Below are positions 25,580 to 38,844 of a stretch of DNA of 64,000 nucleotides, in pieces. Source of the stretch: Hypanus sabinus (taxonomy: Eukaryota). The stretch lies in contig NC_082719.1 of assembly GCF_030144855.1 (NCBI RefSeq), positions 77,066,001-77,130,000 on the forward strand. The letters are read 5' to 3'. The notes under the pieces were generated by a model. The model ran no database searches, had not been told where the DNA came from, and was given only the letters and a program-made list of their open reading frames with translations. Every line of letters starts with the position of its first letter. Within the stretch, counting starts at the first letter, position 1. Both the position numbers and the translations under genes were made by a program.

Positions 25580-27350
25580 AACCAAACATCAAATCAAAAG
25601 CCCTGTGTGAACAGGAGATCTGCAGTCTGTTCAGAGCCAGATCTGTGGCATCCAAGACCAGCAATCCAGACTCCTGCAAGAAATCCAGGTATGACCCACA
25701 GAAGGCCATTCTGAGAGCAAAAGGCAATCTGTATGACGTTAGATAAACAATCAGATGCACAATTGTGGCAGGGTTTCACCTTTTCTCCAAGGTAAAATCT
25801 AACTTCATAAATGGCAGTGATGTTTCAATCCCTGATGAGCTCAACATCTTTCATCCATCCTTTAACACCGAATAACACTATGCTTATATGAATCACCACA
25901 GCATCCAGTCACCTTATGAGCTCCATTTTGGAGGGCAAGATCAGACCATCCTTGAAGAGGTAAACCCTCACAAGGTGTCAGGTCCTGACGGTGTACCTGG
26001 CCAGGTACTGACAACTAGTATCGACTAACTGGCTAGAGCATTCAAGGACATAGAACAGAAAAGCACAATACAGGCTCTTTAGCCTAGATGTTGTGTCAAA
26101 CTTTTAATCTACTCTAAAGTCAATCTAACTTTTCCCTCCCATTTGGCCCCTTCATGTTTTTTCAACTACTCAATAACTTCAATCTCTCACTGCTGCAATC
26201 TGATGTTCCCATCCACTTCAAAAGGGCAGCAAGCAAACCAGGGCCCAAGAACAGCAGGGCGAGCTGCCTCAATGACCATCACCCAGCAGTGCTCATATCT
26301 ACTGCAATGAAGTGCTTTGAGAGGTTAGTCATGGCTAGAATTAACTACTGCCTGAGCCCAGACCTGCTGAAACATGTCTACCACCACAACAGGCCTTCAA
26401 GCAGGTGCAATCTCACTGGCTCTCTACTCTACTTCAGAACGCCTGGACAACACCAAAGCATACACCAGGCAGCTGCCAACCTTCTAAACCTGGGACTCTG
26501 AACCTGCCTCCGCAATTGGATCCTCGGCTACAGTCAGTGCAGTTCAGTAATAACATCTTTCCCACACTGACAATTAACACAGGTGCACATTAAATATCCA
26601 CGGTTAGCCCACTGCTCTCTCTACATTCATGACTGTGTCACTTAGCACTGCCGAAACACCATTCATAAATCCACTGTTATTGGTAAAATTTCCAAAAGCG
26701 ATGAGGAGGCTGACAGGAGCAAGAAAGAGCTGGCTGAGTGGTGTCACAACAACCTCACACTCAATGTCAGCAAGACCAAAAAACTGACGGTGGTCTTAAG
26801 AAAGGAGAAGTCGGGAGAACACACCAGTCTTTGTGGAGGAGTCAGTGGGAAAACACAAGCAGGTGTAAAGACAGGCCAGCAGCTATACTTCATTAGGACT
26901 TAGAAGAGATAATGTAATGTCTTGCGTGGACTTGTGTGGAGGTGAACATTCTGACTGGTTGCATCACAACCTGGTATGGAAGTACCTCAATGCTCAGGAT
27001 CACAAGAGAGGCAGCCAGCTCTATTATGGACACAACCCTCCAACCATCAAGGACATTTTCAAGAAGCAGTGCCTCAAGAAGACTGCACTCATCACCAAGA
27101 ACCTTTACCATGGGGAACATGCTTTTTTACAGTGACTACCATCTAGGAAAATGCACAGGAGGTTTGCATGCCCATCCTAATGGCTTAGGAACATCATCTT
27201 CACCTCTGCGATCAGATTTTTAAATGGTCCAGGAATACCTAAACACAACCTTGCTATTCCTTTTCTTCTGTACAATTCAATTTGTACATTATAGAAACTT
27301 CTATGCCAAACAACAAATTTCATAACTTACTTCATAAAAAAGCTGATTCG
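25580..27350 (+). mobile_element. Decayed Rex1/Babar-like LINE
   Basis: FNLSLLQS..CLNDHHP..MKCFERLVMA; ILTGCITTWYG. Confidence 0.8.
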
Positions 27351-27411
27351 GAAATAGATCTGGTACTTTATGTACTTAGCCATTTTATTTAAAAGTTAAA
27401 TCAGAACATAC

Positions 27412-27552
27412 CATGCCAACTTTATCAATGCTTCCTCGGACACGATCCAAAAGTATTGAGATTATATGAGGATGAGCTGTTGAAATTGTGGCCAGAAGTT
27501 CACGGCCAACCTTGGAAAATGACTCTCTGGTGGAAGGACTTACATAGGCTAC
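27412..27552 (-). CDS. EPG5: EPG5 exon 13
   Basis: [41 protein letters not shown]; AG/GT, 141 nt. Confidence 0.95.
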
Positions 27553-27569
27553 CTGTATATTAAAAAAAA

Positions 27570-28195
27570 AGTGGATTGTGGTCAATTGGGCCATTAGTTA
27601 ATTGGTTAATCAGGCCAGTCATTTTTTGGGACAACACTTAAAGAACAAAAATTATTCAAGAAAGTAGTTCGCTTCCATACATTTATTTGGGACAATATTG
27701 ATTGGGACAGGATAATGTTAAACAGATTCTAGTGTCAGTCGCAAGCTGTTAGACACCACACCATGTTCAGAGTGAACAGTTTTCAATAGCGTCAATTGCA
27801 TGCACTTGTGTTATGTTTGGGCTGACGAACACCAATTCAAAAATCAGTGATTTTTGATAATTTTTTAAAAAACGGACTAATTTCAGACCCTTGTCAAGAT
27901 TCTTGTCATGAGAAGATTTGACAGTAGTCAAAAAAAATTACCACAGATGCCTGTGCTAACTATGTTAATTTATGTTCAAGAGCACAGCAGTATACATTGG
28001 CAGTGTTCAAATTTTTTTCTGTATTTCATTTAAATACATAACTTGTTAATCAGTTAAACGGTAGTTTGCCTTTTTTTAATATCTTTTTAAACTATTTCCA
28101 TGAAACTATGGCTAATTGGGGGGGGGGGGGGGGCTGCTACTTAATTGGACCTAAGTGTACTTGCCCCGATGTGTACAAAATAACTGAATCCACTG
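27570..28195. mobile_element. Old Tigger-like MITE
   Basis: GTGGATT.. / ..AATCCACTG termini; related to 9383-10111. Confidence 0.45.
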
Positions 28196-29539
28196 CACTG
28201 AGTATATCCCACAAAAGCTTCTCTTCTCAGACCTATTCTTCTTTTCTTCCCCCCCCCCCCCCTCGGTATTTCTCCTTGGTCTCTGTTCATCTCGGTGCAG
28301 CACTTGGAAACATCCAGAAATGAGGCATTTCTGATCTCCTCCCCCTCCGCACCACCATCAATCACAACACATTGCTTGGCTCAGTTCATAATCTGAGAAT
28401 CACGAATAAATCAGAAATTCTATCAGTTAAACTGCAAAGAAAACAATACCATTTTCTTTGCCTTAGAGCATAAATCCCAAACTGCTTGAAATTAGTGACA
28501 CAAGATGACCAGATTGTTCACAACCACAGTCTTATTCTGTTGAGCTGTGCGTTTAACCAGTATTCAAATCTGGATCAGGCACAATCAGACTTACATTTTT
28601 TTTTAAGACATCTGTGATTAAATTGTTATATAGCATCACACATTTAAACCTTTAGATCACTTTTCAATAGGTCCCATTCTGCCTTTTATCATTTAAATAC
28701 TATAAAATGATTTTTCAGGTTCCCTTTTATGTTTTATGTCTTTTATTCTATGTCTTCACTGGCCTTATTTCTTCAGTTTCCCTCTCAACATACTGTGCTT
28801 TGCTCTACTCTCACTTCAAGAATTCTTCCTTTATTTCACCACATTTCCCTCATCACCCTGGCTTTGGTTTTCTAGCATTTTTTCTTGTGGGATTGTACTC
28901 ATCTATACCTGAAACATTTTCTCCTCAAAAGTCACCCACTGCCCAGTAGCTATGATTGATATTTGCCTACGCATTCTCCTTCTGCCATCTGATCCACTTC
29001 TTTCCCCAGTACCCAATTCAGCAATTCCTCCTTTCTAGTTGATCTGACAACATACCAGAGAATGATGCTCTCCTGAACACTTTTCTGAAATTAGGTTATA
29101 AGATAAATATGTTTGACATAAATTTTTAAAAATGTGACACATTTGTCCACTGTAATATCGGGGAAAGTAAGGCCTTTAAATTTATCAAAGCTTCCTTATG
29201 CGGTCAGACACTGTCTGTTAATAGTTTACCACACCTAATGAGTGAAGAAAATCTATTCCAATATTCCTGATTCATTTTCTCAAAGACAATACATCTGATA
29301 TGCAGCAATTTGGATTCACAAATATCAATACATTAGCAACATCATCTTTCTGATTATCCCCCAAGTAATTATAAACATTATAAAGTTCCATTATTTATTT
29401 TAAGTATGTTTTTACAATTAAACTATTTAGTAATAGTACTGGTTTTTTTTTACAAAATATGCTATTATTGTCCCATCGAATTTCAAAATAAATAGTAATG
29501 ATTCTAAGATAAGTTCCAATTTTTAGACAACTAACAGAC

Positions 29540-29694
29540 CTCGTATATTTCTAAAGCAACTATCTTCACAAACTCTTGATCCACATTTTCTCGTTTTGAT
29601 TGGGTCATATGTGCAAATGTAGTGAGAAGACATATTCCGTCGGAGCTAGTAATGTTGGACAAGCACTGTTCAAACATTTGTTTATGTTCTGGGT
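29540..29694 (-). CDS. EPG5: EPG5 exon 12
   Basis: [39 protein letters not shown]; AG/GT, 155 nt. Confidence 0.95.
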
Positions 29695-30786
29695 CTGTTT
29701 TAAAATAGAAACACAAAAATGTAATAATGATCTACTTTTCTGGTACTAAGGATTACAAATGACAAAATGTATTAAATTTAATTTCAAAACAAGTATAATT
29801 TAAACTCAAACTTCCAAACTGCTAGTCTAGCATTAATAATCATGAACATAGAACAGCAAAGCTTAGCCACTACCACCATCAAAACTGTGTATTAAGAACC
29901 CATCATTTGCGAACAAAATAAAAATCTACCTCTGGCATCTCCCTTAAACTTTCCTTGTGTACTCACCTTTATTAGTATTGGCCATTGTCACTCTGGGAAA
30001 AATTATGCTGGCTCTCTATGCTTTTGTCTCTCAAAATCTTTCACAACTCTATCAAGAGAAAAGCCCTAGTTCGCTCAAACTTTCCTCATAAAATATGTCT
30101 TTTAATCCAGGCAGCATCCCAATACATCTCCTCTGCACCATATCTAAAGCTTCCACATCCTTCCTAAAATGAGGTGACCAGAACTGAACAGAATACTTTA
30201 ACTGTGTGAGGCTGACTCAATTAATAACAACACTGATGATTGTCTGATAAATCAGAAAGATGAAGCCATTTAACTGGATATATATATATATATTTTTTTA
30301 AATGCTGCAGGCAAAGAGATACTAAATTAGACTAACAGACACAAACAGTATTCCATCTTTCTAACCTTCTGTTGTCTGTTCAATACATTCATCAGTATAC
30401 TAAATAATGGTATTGTGAAGTATGCGAGTTAAAACAAAAGGATAGAAATATCGTTATTCAAAAAAACCTATTTACCCTGAGAATTCCTAGACTAAAGTCA
30501 TAACCCTTTAATTTATATCCATTTGCTTATCTAAATCGCACACATATGAATGTAGCATCAAAAACTTACTGATTTCTAAAAATAGCTTCTTATATACAGA
30601 GGTATTGATAATTGGAAGAGAAAACATTATATTGATGGAAAGAAATGTAAATATGCAAGGAACAATGAATCTTTTTCCTTATTTACTAAACTGACTAAAA
30701 TTTAACCCTGTAAAAAACAATTTTTATATATATACTGCTTAGAAAAGTTGTTTGCAAATGCAGAGGTGACAATGTCTCTGCAGTAC

Positions 30787-30944
30787 CTTTAAGCTTGATC
30801 TTGCATTCATCAGAATGTAGCCCAGCGCATAATCCATCAATATCATCACATTCTGCACAATGTAGGATATAGAAGAGTTTCCATATCATCTTGTTTGATA
30901 GGGTTTCAAATGGCATCTCAGACATGAAAAGCCAAATTCCCAAC
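30787..30944 (-). CDS. EPG5: EPG5 exon 11
   Basis: LGIWLFMSEMPFETLSNKMIWKLFYILH; AG/GT, 158 nt. Confidence 0.95.
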
Positions 30945-31719
30945 CTGTTTCAAAGGACAATTTTTTTTCTAACTTAAAAGAAATGAGACATACAACAAAA
31001 ATCCTGATTTTAAAAAAAAAATCAGCTCAACATTTGACATGTTCCGCTATCAAATCATGTTCAACAATTACTAAAGTGCATAGATTTTAAAAAATCCACT
31101 CTCTAACTTACAGCATTCTGGTCTAATATGGACCTAATCGATATACTAAAGAAGATTGGTCTAACTCCCTATCGAGGCTCATTATTTTCAGCAACCCTGC
31201 CAAAGACCAACTTATCATGTACCAACCCCCAAAGCATCATCTAACCATCTGCCCCTCTGGCCCAATTGTTAGTAATCCCACCCTCCAAATATCAACTGGA
31301 GCTTGGCTGTGCCATTCGTACACCCCATCTTAATGGGCACATGGGAATTTCTATGTGATTAGTGTTACCTGATGGTCAAATTTTAGGGCTTTGGATGCAT
31401 GTTGTTTCTTTATCATTGACTACAATATAAAAAGTGGTTAAGTGGCATGCCTGAGTATGTGGGAGCAAATGTGAGATCACATACAGAGCATTATGACATG
31501 GAAACAGGCACCTCAGGCCATTTAGTCAATGCTGACTTGGTTTGTCTAGTCCCATCTACCTCCCCTGGACCATAGCCCTCTATACCCCTCCCAACCACGC
31601 ACCTATCCAAATCGCTCTTTAAGTATTACAACTGAATCTGTATTTGCCACTTGCACTGGCAGCCTATTTCACATGCACACCACCCTCTGAACGAATAATT
31701 TCCTCCTCAGATTCCCCTT

Positions 31720-33490
31720 ACAAGCCAAAGAGAGGGCATAAAATAGAGCAAAAATTAGTGGGAAGTTAGAGGATTGGGAAGCTTTTAAAACTAACAGAGG
31801 GAATTTAAAAAAGTGAATAAGTTAAAGATGGAATACAAAAGTAAGATAGCCAATAATATTAAAGAGGATACCAAAAGTTTCTTCGGATACATAAAGTGTA
31901 AAAGAGAGGCGAGAATGCATATCAGACTGCTGGAAAATGATGCAGGAGAGATAGTAATGGGGGACAAGGAAATGGCAGATTAACTGAATAAGTATTTTGC
32001 ATCAGTCATCACTGTTTTAGACAGGAGCAGTAAAGTGTTTTGTACAAAGTTGCATTGTTTGCTGTGTAACCAAAACTATGTAGTCAGCTTTGTATTTGCT
32101 ATGTATGTATCCAATTTAGTAGGAGAATGAAATCTCTGTACTACTGAACACATCAGTGACTTAAGAATGTAGCCAAATAAGATAATGGTGTCTTAATGAG
32201 AGGTGTAACCAAAACTATGCAGTCAGCTTTGTGTTTGCTATTTGCTATGTATGTATCCAACTTATCAACCAGAATGAAATCTCTGTATTGTCTCTGTACT
32301 ATTGAACACATCAATAACTTAAGAATGTAGCCAAATAAGAAGATAATGGTGTGTTAATGAGAGGCCAGCTAAGAGATAACTGTGGCCAGGGATGAAGTAA
32401 CAGGTGGCCCAAAAAGTAGATTAGAACATGATTAAGTTAATGGGTAGAAACAACAGTGGGAAGTCGGGAGCTGATGTACTGGTGATATGCAACTGTAGAC
32501 GATTGGATATGCTAATGCAACTAAACCAGGAGATTGCTGTAAAAAATGCTATGCACAAGAATCGGTGGGCAATCAGCGACTAGCTCACTGACTGTCTCAG
32601 CTTTGATTTGCAAATTAAAGTTTAACACTTCTTAAAGAATCTTCTGCGGGGCACAAGAAACTATGACAGGTGAAGGTTCCAGGTGTCAGGGGTCATGAAC
32701 TGTATAAGGTTACCATTACTATGAAGAAGGTTCTTAGGAAATTAAATGGTCTGAAGGTAGATAAGTCACCTGGACCAGATGGTGTACACCCCAGGGTTCT
32801 GAAAAAGGTGGCTGAAGAGATTGTGGAGGTATCAGTAATTATCTTTCAAGAATCACTAGATTCTGGAATGATTCCAGAAGACTGGAAACTTTAAAATGTC
32901 ACTCCAAGAAAGGAGAGAGTCAGAAGAAAGGAAATTATAGGCTCAGTGGTTGGGAAGACGTTGGAGTCGATTGTTAAGGATATGGTTTCAGGGTACTTGG
33001 ATGCCATGATAAAATAGGCCATAGTCAGTATGGTTTCCTCAAGGGAAAATCTTGCCTGTCAAATCTGCTGGAATTCTCTGAAGTAGTAACAAGAATTGGA
33101 GAGGGTTCAAAGGAGATTCATGAAAATTATTCCAGGATTGAATGGCTTGTCATAGGAGTGTTTGATGGCTCTGAGCCTGTATTCACTAGAATTCAGAAGA
33201 ATGAGTGGTGATCTCATTGAAACCTATCGAATTGTGAAAGGCCTCGATAGAGTAGATGTGGAGAGGATGTTTTCTATGATGGAGTGTCTAACACCAGAGG
33301 ACAGCCTCAGAATAAAGGGGCATCCTTTTAGAATGGAGATGAGGAGGGATTTCTTTAGTCAGGGAGTTGTGACTCTGTGGATTTCTTTGCCACAGGCAGC
33401 TGCCAAGTCTTTACTTAAAGCAGAGGTTGACAGATTCTTCATTGGCCAGGGCATGAAGGGTTACGGGAAGACAGTAGAAGATTGGGGCTG
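31720..33490 (+). mobile_element. CR1 LINE fragment hosting both LTR insertions (resumes at 40179-40250)
   Basis: LKVDKSPGPDGVHPRVLK..IIFQESLDSGMIPEDWK; SLEFRRMSGDLIETYRIVKGLDRVD; 3' UTR continues after the ERV. Confidence 0.9.
32036..32668 (+). mobile_element. Probable solo LTR of a second LTR family, interrupting the CR1
   Basis: Breaks CR1 continuity; TG..CA ends; internal ~140-bp tandem duplication; ATTGG, ATGCTAAT, TATA-like and ATTAAA motifs in LTR order; no clear TSD. Confidence 0.6.
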
Positions 33491-33996
33491 TGTGGAAGAA
33501 AAATAGTAAGACATTGTGACGAACATTAAGTAGTTAATGACATTCTAGTATGTGAATTCAAAGTCACTTATCTGTGACTAATGTACACCGTGTAACTGAA
33601 ATGTGCTTTGTAGATGGGATGGGAAAATAACTGTCTGTGCTTCACTAAGAATCATCACATGTCTGTGCTTGGGAAAGCCTGATATACTGCCCTGGGAACT
33701 AATGCTTAAGAAAATGTATAACTGCTCAAGGATATATAGTGCAACTTCGCTATTCTAACGAGTGGTAGTTGAAGTTCCCTCTTTTTTCAGATTTAAGTGC
33801 TTCTTGTCAAGTACGCCTGGGTAATCCGCTGAGTGTAATAAGAGTGCAATCCGTTGTTGAGCAGAGCTACGAAGCTCCGCTTTTGGAGTCTGGGCTCTCC
33901 ATGATATCATGAAATAAAATGCTTTAGTCTGAAACAATTCTCTGAGTTGACATGATCTATTCTGTCTGCTGCTCCTGAGATTCTTTTTCCACAACA
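33491..33996 (+). repeat. ERV 5' LTR
   Basis: Direct repeat of 39677-40178; TG..CA ends; AATAAA near 33913. Confidence 0.95.
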
Positions 33997-33998
33997 GT

Positions 33999-34017
33999 TG
34001 GCAATGAAGGATGGGAT
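33999..34017 (+). promoter_or_regulatory. Primer binding site, tRNA-Ser(GCT)-like
   Basis: TGGCAATGAAGGATGGGAT 2 nt after the LTR, versus recalled complement TGGCGACGAGGATGGGAT (two CpG-type changes plus a 1-nt insertion). Confidence 0.7.
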
Positions 34018-34539
34018 CCTCAATCTAATCTCCTAGCTGAAAGGGGGTGGCTAGAAGAGCAGGATCTAAAAAAGAACCCTAGGCAGAAAAGGAGAAGCAA
34101 GACAGAAAGGTGCCTTCCAAACTAGGAAGGAGAATTGGTCTCCTAGCTCAAAGGCGGAGACTGGTGGCCTGTCTCCTAGCTGAAAGGGGGACAGCAGGGG
34201 GTGCTCGTGAGAGTACTAAGGCAGCTACCGATTTATTCCATGACTGAACTCAAGAGACTTGTGGAAAGACAGAGGAAATACACCAGTGAATACTCATTGT
34301 GTATATTGTATGAATAAAGAAACTTTGTGCTGTCTTAACTGAAATTGAAATCCTAAACAAGAAAAGCAGGAAGTATGAGCATTCGATTGGCTAGCGCTGA
34401 TCCTGCTAATACACTGAATTGTTCCAGAGGTAAGACGATGGCTTTGCACACTCAACTGCAGGTAGGAAAAGGACTGCAAAAAAAAAGATTAAAAAGATAA
34501 AACAGCACCACCAGCAAATAGGAGACCCCTTAGTCCCAC

Positions 34540-35110
34540 CTGGATCCCCAGCGGATATGGTAGTCAGAGAGACCGGAAATGATCCTTTTGCGGTAACATT
34601 CAGTAGTGATTTTCATGGGGATTGGCCATATGGGGGAAGTTTTAATTTGAGACTAATCCAGTTCTGGGAGGACACCACCCGAAATGGGGACGGTGATCTA
34701 AATTGGGATGCTGATCACCTGTAAAGATGTTTTAAACGATGTAAATTGGTGGCTAAAAGACACCAATCTCCAAAGAAAAAGGATATTAAGCAGCCTAAAA
34801 CAGAGAAGGCTGGGGTTGAAACAAAAGCTGCCACGGGACTTTATCCACAACTCCCCGTACCGGCCAGTGCCCCATTGGCACCCAATAGTGAAATAGACGA
34901 TTTAATAATGACATCGACTGCCTTGCGACGACCCGCACCCACTCCTTACAACCCCCCATGCTGGAGTTCAGGCATCTGATACCCCCAGAGGAGCAGACAT
35001 CACTGTAATGAAGGGTCTCAGGAAAGAGGAACTGAAGCTGAGGGAGCTGAAGGAAGTGTTAGCAGTTCTAGAGATAATTTTAAAAAATGCCCGAAAAGGC
35101 AAAAAAAGAG
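34540..35110 (+). pseudogene. gag: ERV gag remnant (matrix plus proline-rich late-domain region; CA/NC missing)
   Basis: DWPYGGSFNL gamma-type MA motif; LYPQL, PASAP and PTPY late-domain-like motifs; frameshifts. Confidence 0.75.
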
Positions 35111-35119
35111 AAAAACAGA

Positions 35120-38100
35120 ATAGAGGATAAGCTTTTATCAGACACCTTCATTATAACTAAAACAGCCCTGCTTCCCCTGCTGGCTCTGCACACCCTTTGT
35201 AAATCAGGGGCAACACTGCACTGTACAGCTGAAGGTATATACATGGAGCTTCCTCAAATGCTAAAATTAGTGAATGGGCGAGAAAAGGACAGTTCAGAAC
35301 CCATACTATACTGTTGGCAGCTAGACAGCAATCTCCGTGTTTGGCAGGTTCAGAGACAGTATGACACATTAATAGGACAAACCAACCTCTACTAACAAAA
35401 TCTGCAATGCTTGATTAACAGCTGCCGAGAAAAGCAGCTCCATCGCACGGTCTATTACACTTTACAAACTGACCTGCACTATGATCAAGCTGTACATCCT
35501 TATTTAAACGGTAACACTGAAGGCAACACTGCATGTGTATTTTGGTCCCAAGGGATTAGGGGCTCCTGGTAGACTTAGTGGAAGATCAGAAAAAAAGGAT
35601 TCCGACTAGGGGACTCCTCAATGCCTCATTTGACAGTGGCCATTAAACCACCAGCAAAGTCTAAAGATATCAGGATGATGATAAAATGACTGGCGGAAGA
35701 AACCAAGACTGTCTATACTGTAACTCTGCCGGTACTGGGACAAGCAGCCCGAATAGAATTCTTTAATGAAAAGGAGGGGAGAAATATGTTAAAGTCCAAG
35801 AGCTGGGAAACATCCTTTGAAAAGCAACAACCGCCAGCAGAAGACCCTCTGCGTCCCCCTAGAGCGGGTGCAGGGAACCTATGAGCTCAACATAAAAATC
35901 ATGGGAAAGGCCCAAACAGCTCTGGCGCATAAAGTTACTCTAAAAAAAGAATGTGCCACTGCCCTGTATTAAACAGCACTGTATGGCTACTGAAGCAGAA
36001 GAAGGTACTGCTCTAGTAATTGACTCATTGCAGCAAGGGGTGCTGGTGAAGACACAAAGCCTGTGTAACACCCCCTATATTACCTATCCCAAAACCGGGC
36101 CGGAGAAATGAGTGGCGTTTTGTGCAGGACCTAAGAGCCATTAGTAAGTTAGTCATCCCTATTGCTCCGCTGGTGCTGGACACCAACATAATGCTTACTT
36201 CTATACCTGCGGGAGCTAGTACCATTACTGTAGTTGATTGGTGCTCAGCATTTTTCTCCATACCTTTGCACGAGGATAGCCAGTATTTATTTGCCTTTAC
36301 TTATAAGAATAAGCAATATACATGGACACATCTGCCCCAGGGATATACTGAAAACCCTGCAGCTTGTGCTGCAGCAGTTAAAAATGATTTGGCCGAATGC
36401 CAGCTGTCTGAATATTCCACGCTGATTCAGTATGCAGACAACATCCTGATAGCTTCTGCTACAGGGCCACAATGTCTGACAGATTCTTTAACACTCCTTG
36501 AACTTTTGGCGAGAAGATGGCACAGGGTACCTGTGGAGAAAATGCAGTTTTGCCAAGAGACTGTCCAGTACCTTGGACTCCAGCTCAGCAAAGGCTGGTG
36601 AAGTTTGAGAAGGGATCAAATAAAAGCAATAATAAAGATCCCAGTCCCCAAAACAAATAAAAGGGCATTCTTTCTTTCCTAGGCATGGTAGGGCACTGTC
36701 GACAGTGGATTCCCGAATACCAGGAGAGAGATGCAGTAATGCGTTCTGCTACATTGAAAATGGAGCGCCTCATCATGGAACAGACACCCAAAAGGAAGAA
36801 AGCCTTCCATGACCTAAATGTAATGGTAGAAAAATCTATTCCTATTGTATTGGATCACCTGCGTACTGTGATAGTATCCCATGCTGTAATGTTACTGTTG
36901 AATTCAGCTGCTACTCAGCATTTTACCATGGATAGAAAGACAGGTTATGAAGTGATTCTTCTCATGATCCAACTGTATGTACAAAAGATCTCCGGCTATT
37001 AATCCAGCTACTTTTGTTCCGTTACCATCTGCAAAGCAGGATGGGGATGACCGTGACTCTCTGCTCGCAGTGGAAGCCACTACTACTCCCCCACCAGATC
37101 AGAGAAGTGAACCTATTGATAACCCTGATTTAATTCTTGTCAAAGACGGCTCTTTGCACCGCCGAAGAGATGATCTGTTGCTGGCAGAGTATGCTATAGT
37201 AACTCCCCACGCGGTAGTAGAAGCTTACACCTCTACAATAGGAGCATCAGTGCAGGCGGCAGAACTCTATGCAGTTACCCAAGCTTGCCTGCACTTTGGC
37301 CTAAGGAAAAGCTGCCAATGTTTATTCTGATTCACGTTATGCATTTGGGATAGCACATGACTTTGGGCAATTGTGGAAAAATAGAGGATTTGTCACCTCC
37401 ATGGAGGAAGTGATTAAACACGCCTCCTTTGTACTGAACCTTTTAGAAGCTATACAGTTGCCACAGACTTTAGTAATAATTAAGAGCGAGGCACACACTT
37501 CTGCGAGAATGAGGTCGCCCAAGGGGAATTGGTTTGCAGACATGGTAGCAAAACAGGTGGCCCTTCAGTGAAACCTGTGCCACAAACCCCTCGGGCTGAA
37601 TCAGGAGGGAAGGAGCTCCTTGTGTATATTGACATCCAGTAGTTGCAGGAAGCCCAAAATCTTGCCTCACAGCCGGATAAATGAGCCTAGAGCAAATCTG
37701 TATGTTACCAGAATACTGGGCTATGGCGTCACCCAGACAGCCCAGTATTGTGCCCAGTTTATTTTTGCCCCTGGCTCACCTGGCACATGGCCAGATTCAC
37801 ATGGGCAAAGGAGAGATGTCATCACTCAACAATAGTACACCCCTGCAAATTGGCTTTGTACATATGCCTGCTGAAAGGAGGTTTAAGTATGTACTGGTAA
37901 TAGTAGACATGTTTTCCAGATAAGCAGAGGCCAATCCAATTAGGAGGAAGGACGCAGAAACTGTGGTGAACATATTGATGAAAAAAAAATTATATTTAGG
38001 TTTGGAATTCCTCTAGGGATAAATAGCGACAGGGGAACCCATTTTACAAATAAATTAGTGCAGGGACTGAAGGAAACCTTGGGGTTCCACAGTAAAAACT

Positions 38101-38610
38101 GCATATCCCCTACCAGCCTCAGTCCTCAGGTATGGTGGAAAAAGCAAATGGGGAAATAATAGTGGCTTGACAGAAGTTTGTCAGCAAAACAGTCTTGGAC
38201 GGCCAGAGGCAGTGCCCTTAGTTAAGTACAATCCGCGAAATCAGAAGAATAGGAATACAGGACTTGCCCCCATGATATTTTGATGGTGTGGCCTATGACA
38301 ACAGGAACTAAGCCTCCCATGACCCCAGGAAAGGTGATGTGATGAGAAGACACTGAATACACACAAGCGTTGTGTCAGGAGGCAGGGAGATTGTATGAGA
38401 GGGTCCGGCAAGCCCAGGCACCTTTAACTAAAGGTAATGTGCATCCATTAAGCTGGCAGATAGAATATATGTGAGATCAATGAATAAAGATTCTTTCTCT
38501 CCCAGGCTGCCGAGGACCTGTACAGCCGTTAAGGTGAAGGAGAAACCTGATTGGATCAATGCCACCAGAAGCAAGTTGCGCCATGACGAGGACAAAACAA
38601 AACACTGAAC
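35120..38610 (+). pseudogene. pol: ERV pol remnant: PR C-terminus, 2H-like insert, RT, RNase H, integrase
   Basis: LCKSGATLHCTAEG (PR end); NTPILPIPKPG..WRFVQDLRA..SAFFSIPL..LPQGY..QYADNILIA (RT); DGS..QAAEL..SDSRYAFG..GNWFAD (RNase H); VIVDMFS..SDRGTHF..PQSSGMVEKANG (IN); stops, frameshifts, deletions. Confidence 0.92.
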
Positions 38611-38844
38611 AAGTGACATCTTCCCTGAGGGAGAGGAACGGCGCTGAGAACCAGGATCCAAGTGTTATTGAGAGACTGGGAAAGAAATCTATTCTAACCT
38701 CATGTTACATACATAGTGACTGATTATTAACAAAATATATACTCAAAAGAGGACTAACATGAAGGAAGTAGTGGTAATAATCATACTGCAGGTGGGAGTG
38801 ATTGATTACCAGACAGCGTCGGAGGGCAAATACAAAGAAACAGG

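Noticed and set aside
32065-32363. CRISPR-like or satellite array
   Set aside because: Only a two-copy tandem duplication inside an LTR-like insert; no spacers; eukaryotic context.
36122-36601. Functional reverse transcriptase or domesticated ERV gene
   Set aside because: Catalytic motif reads YADN, and flanking stops, frameshifts and deletions disrupt pol; env remnants lack signal peptide and SU.
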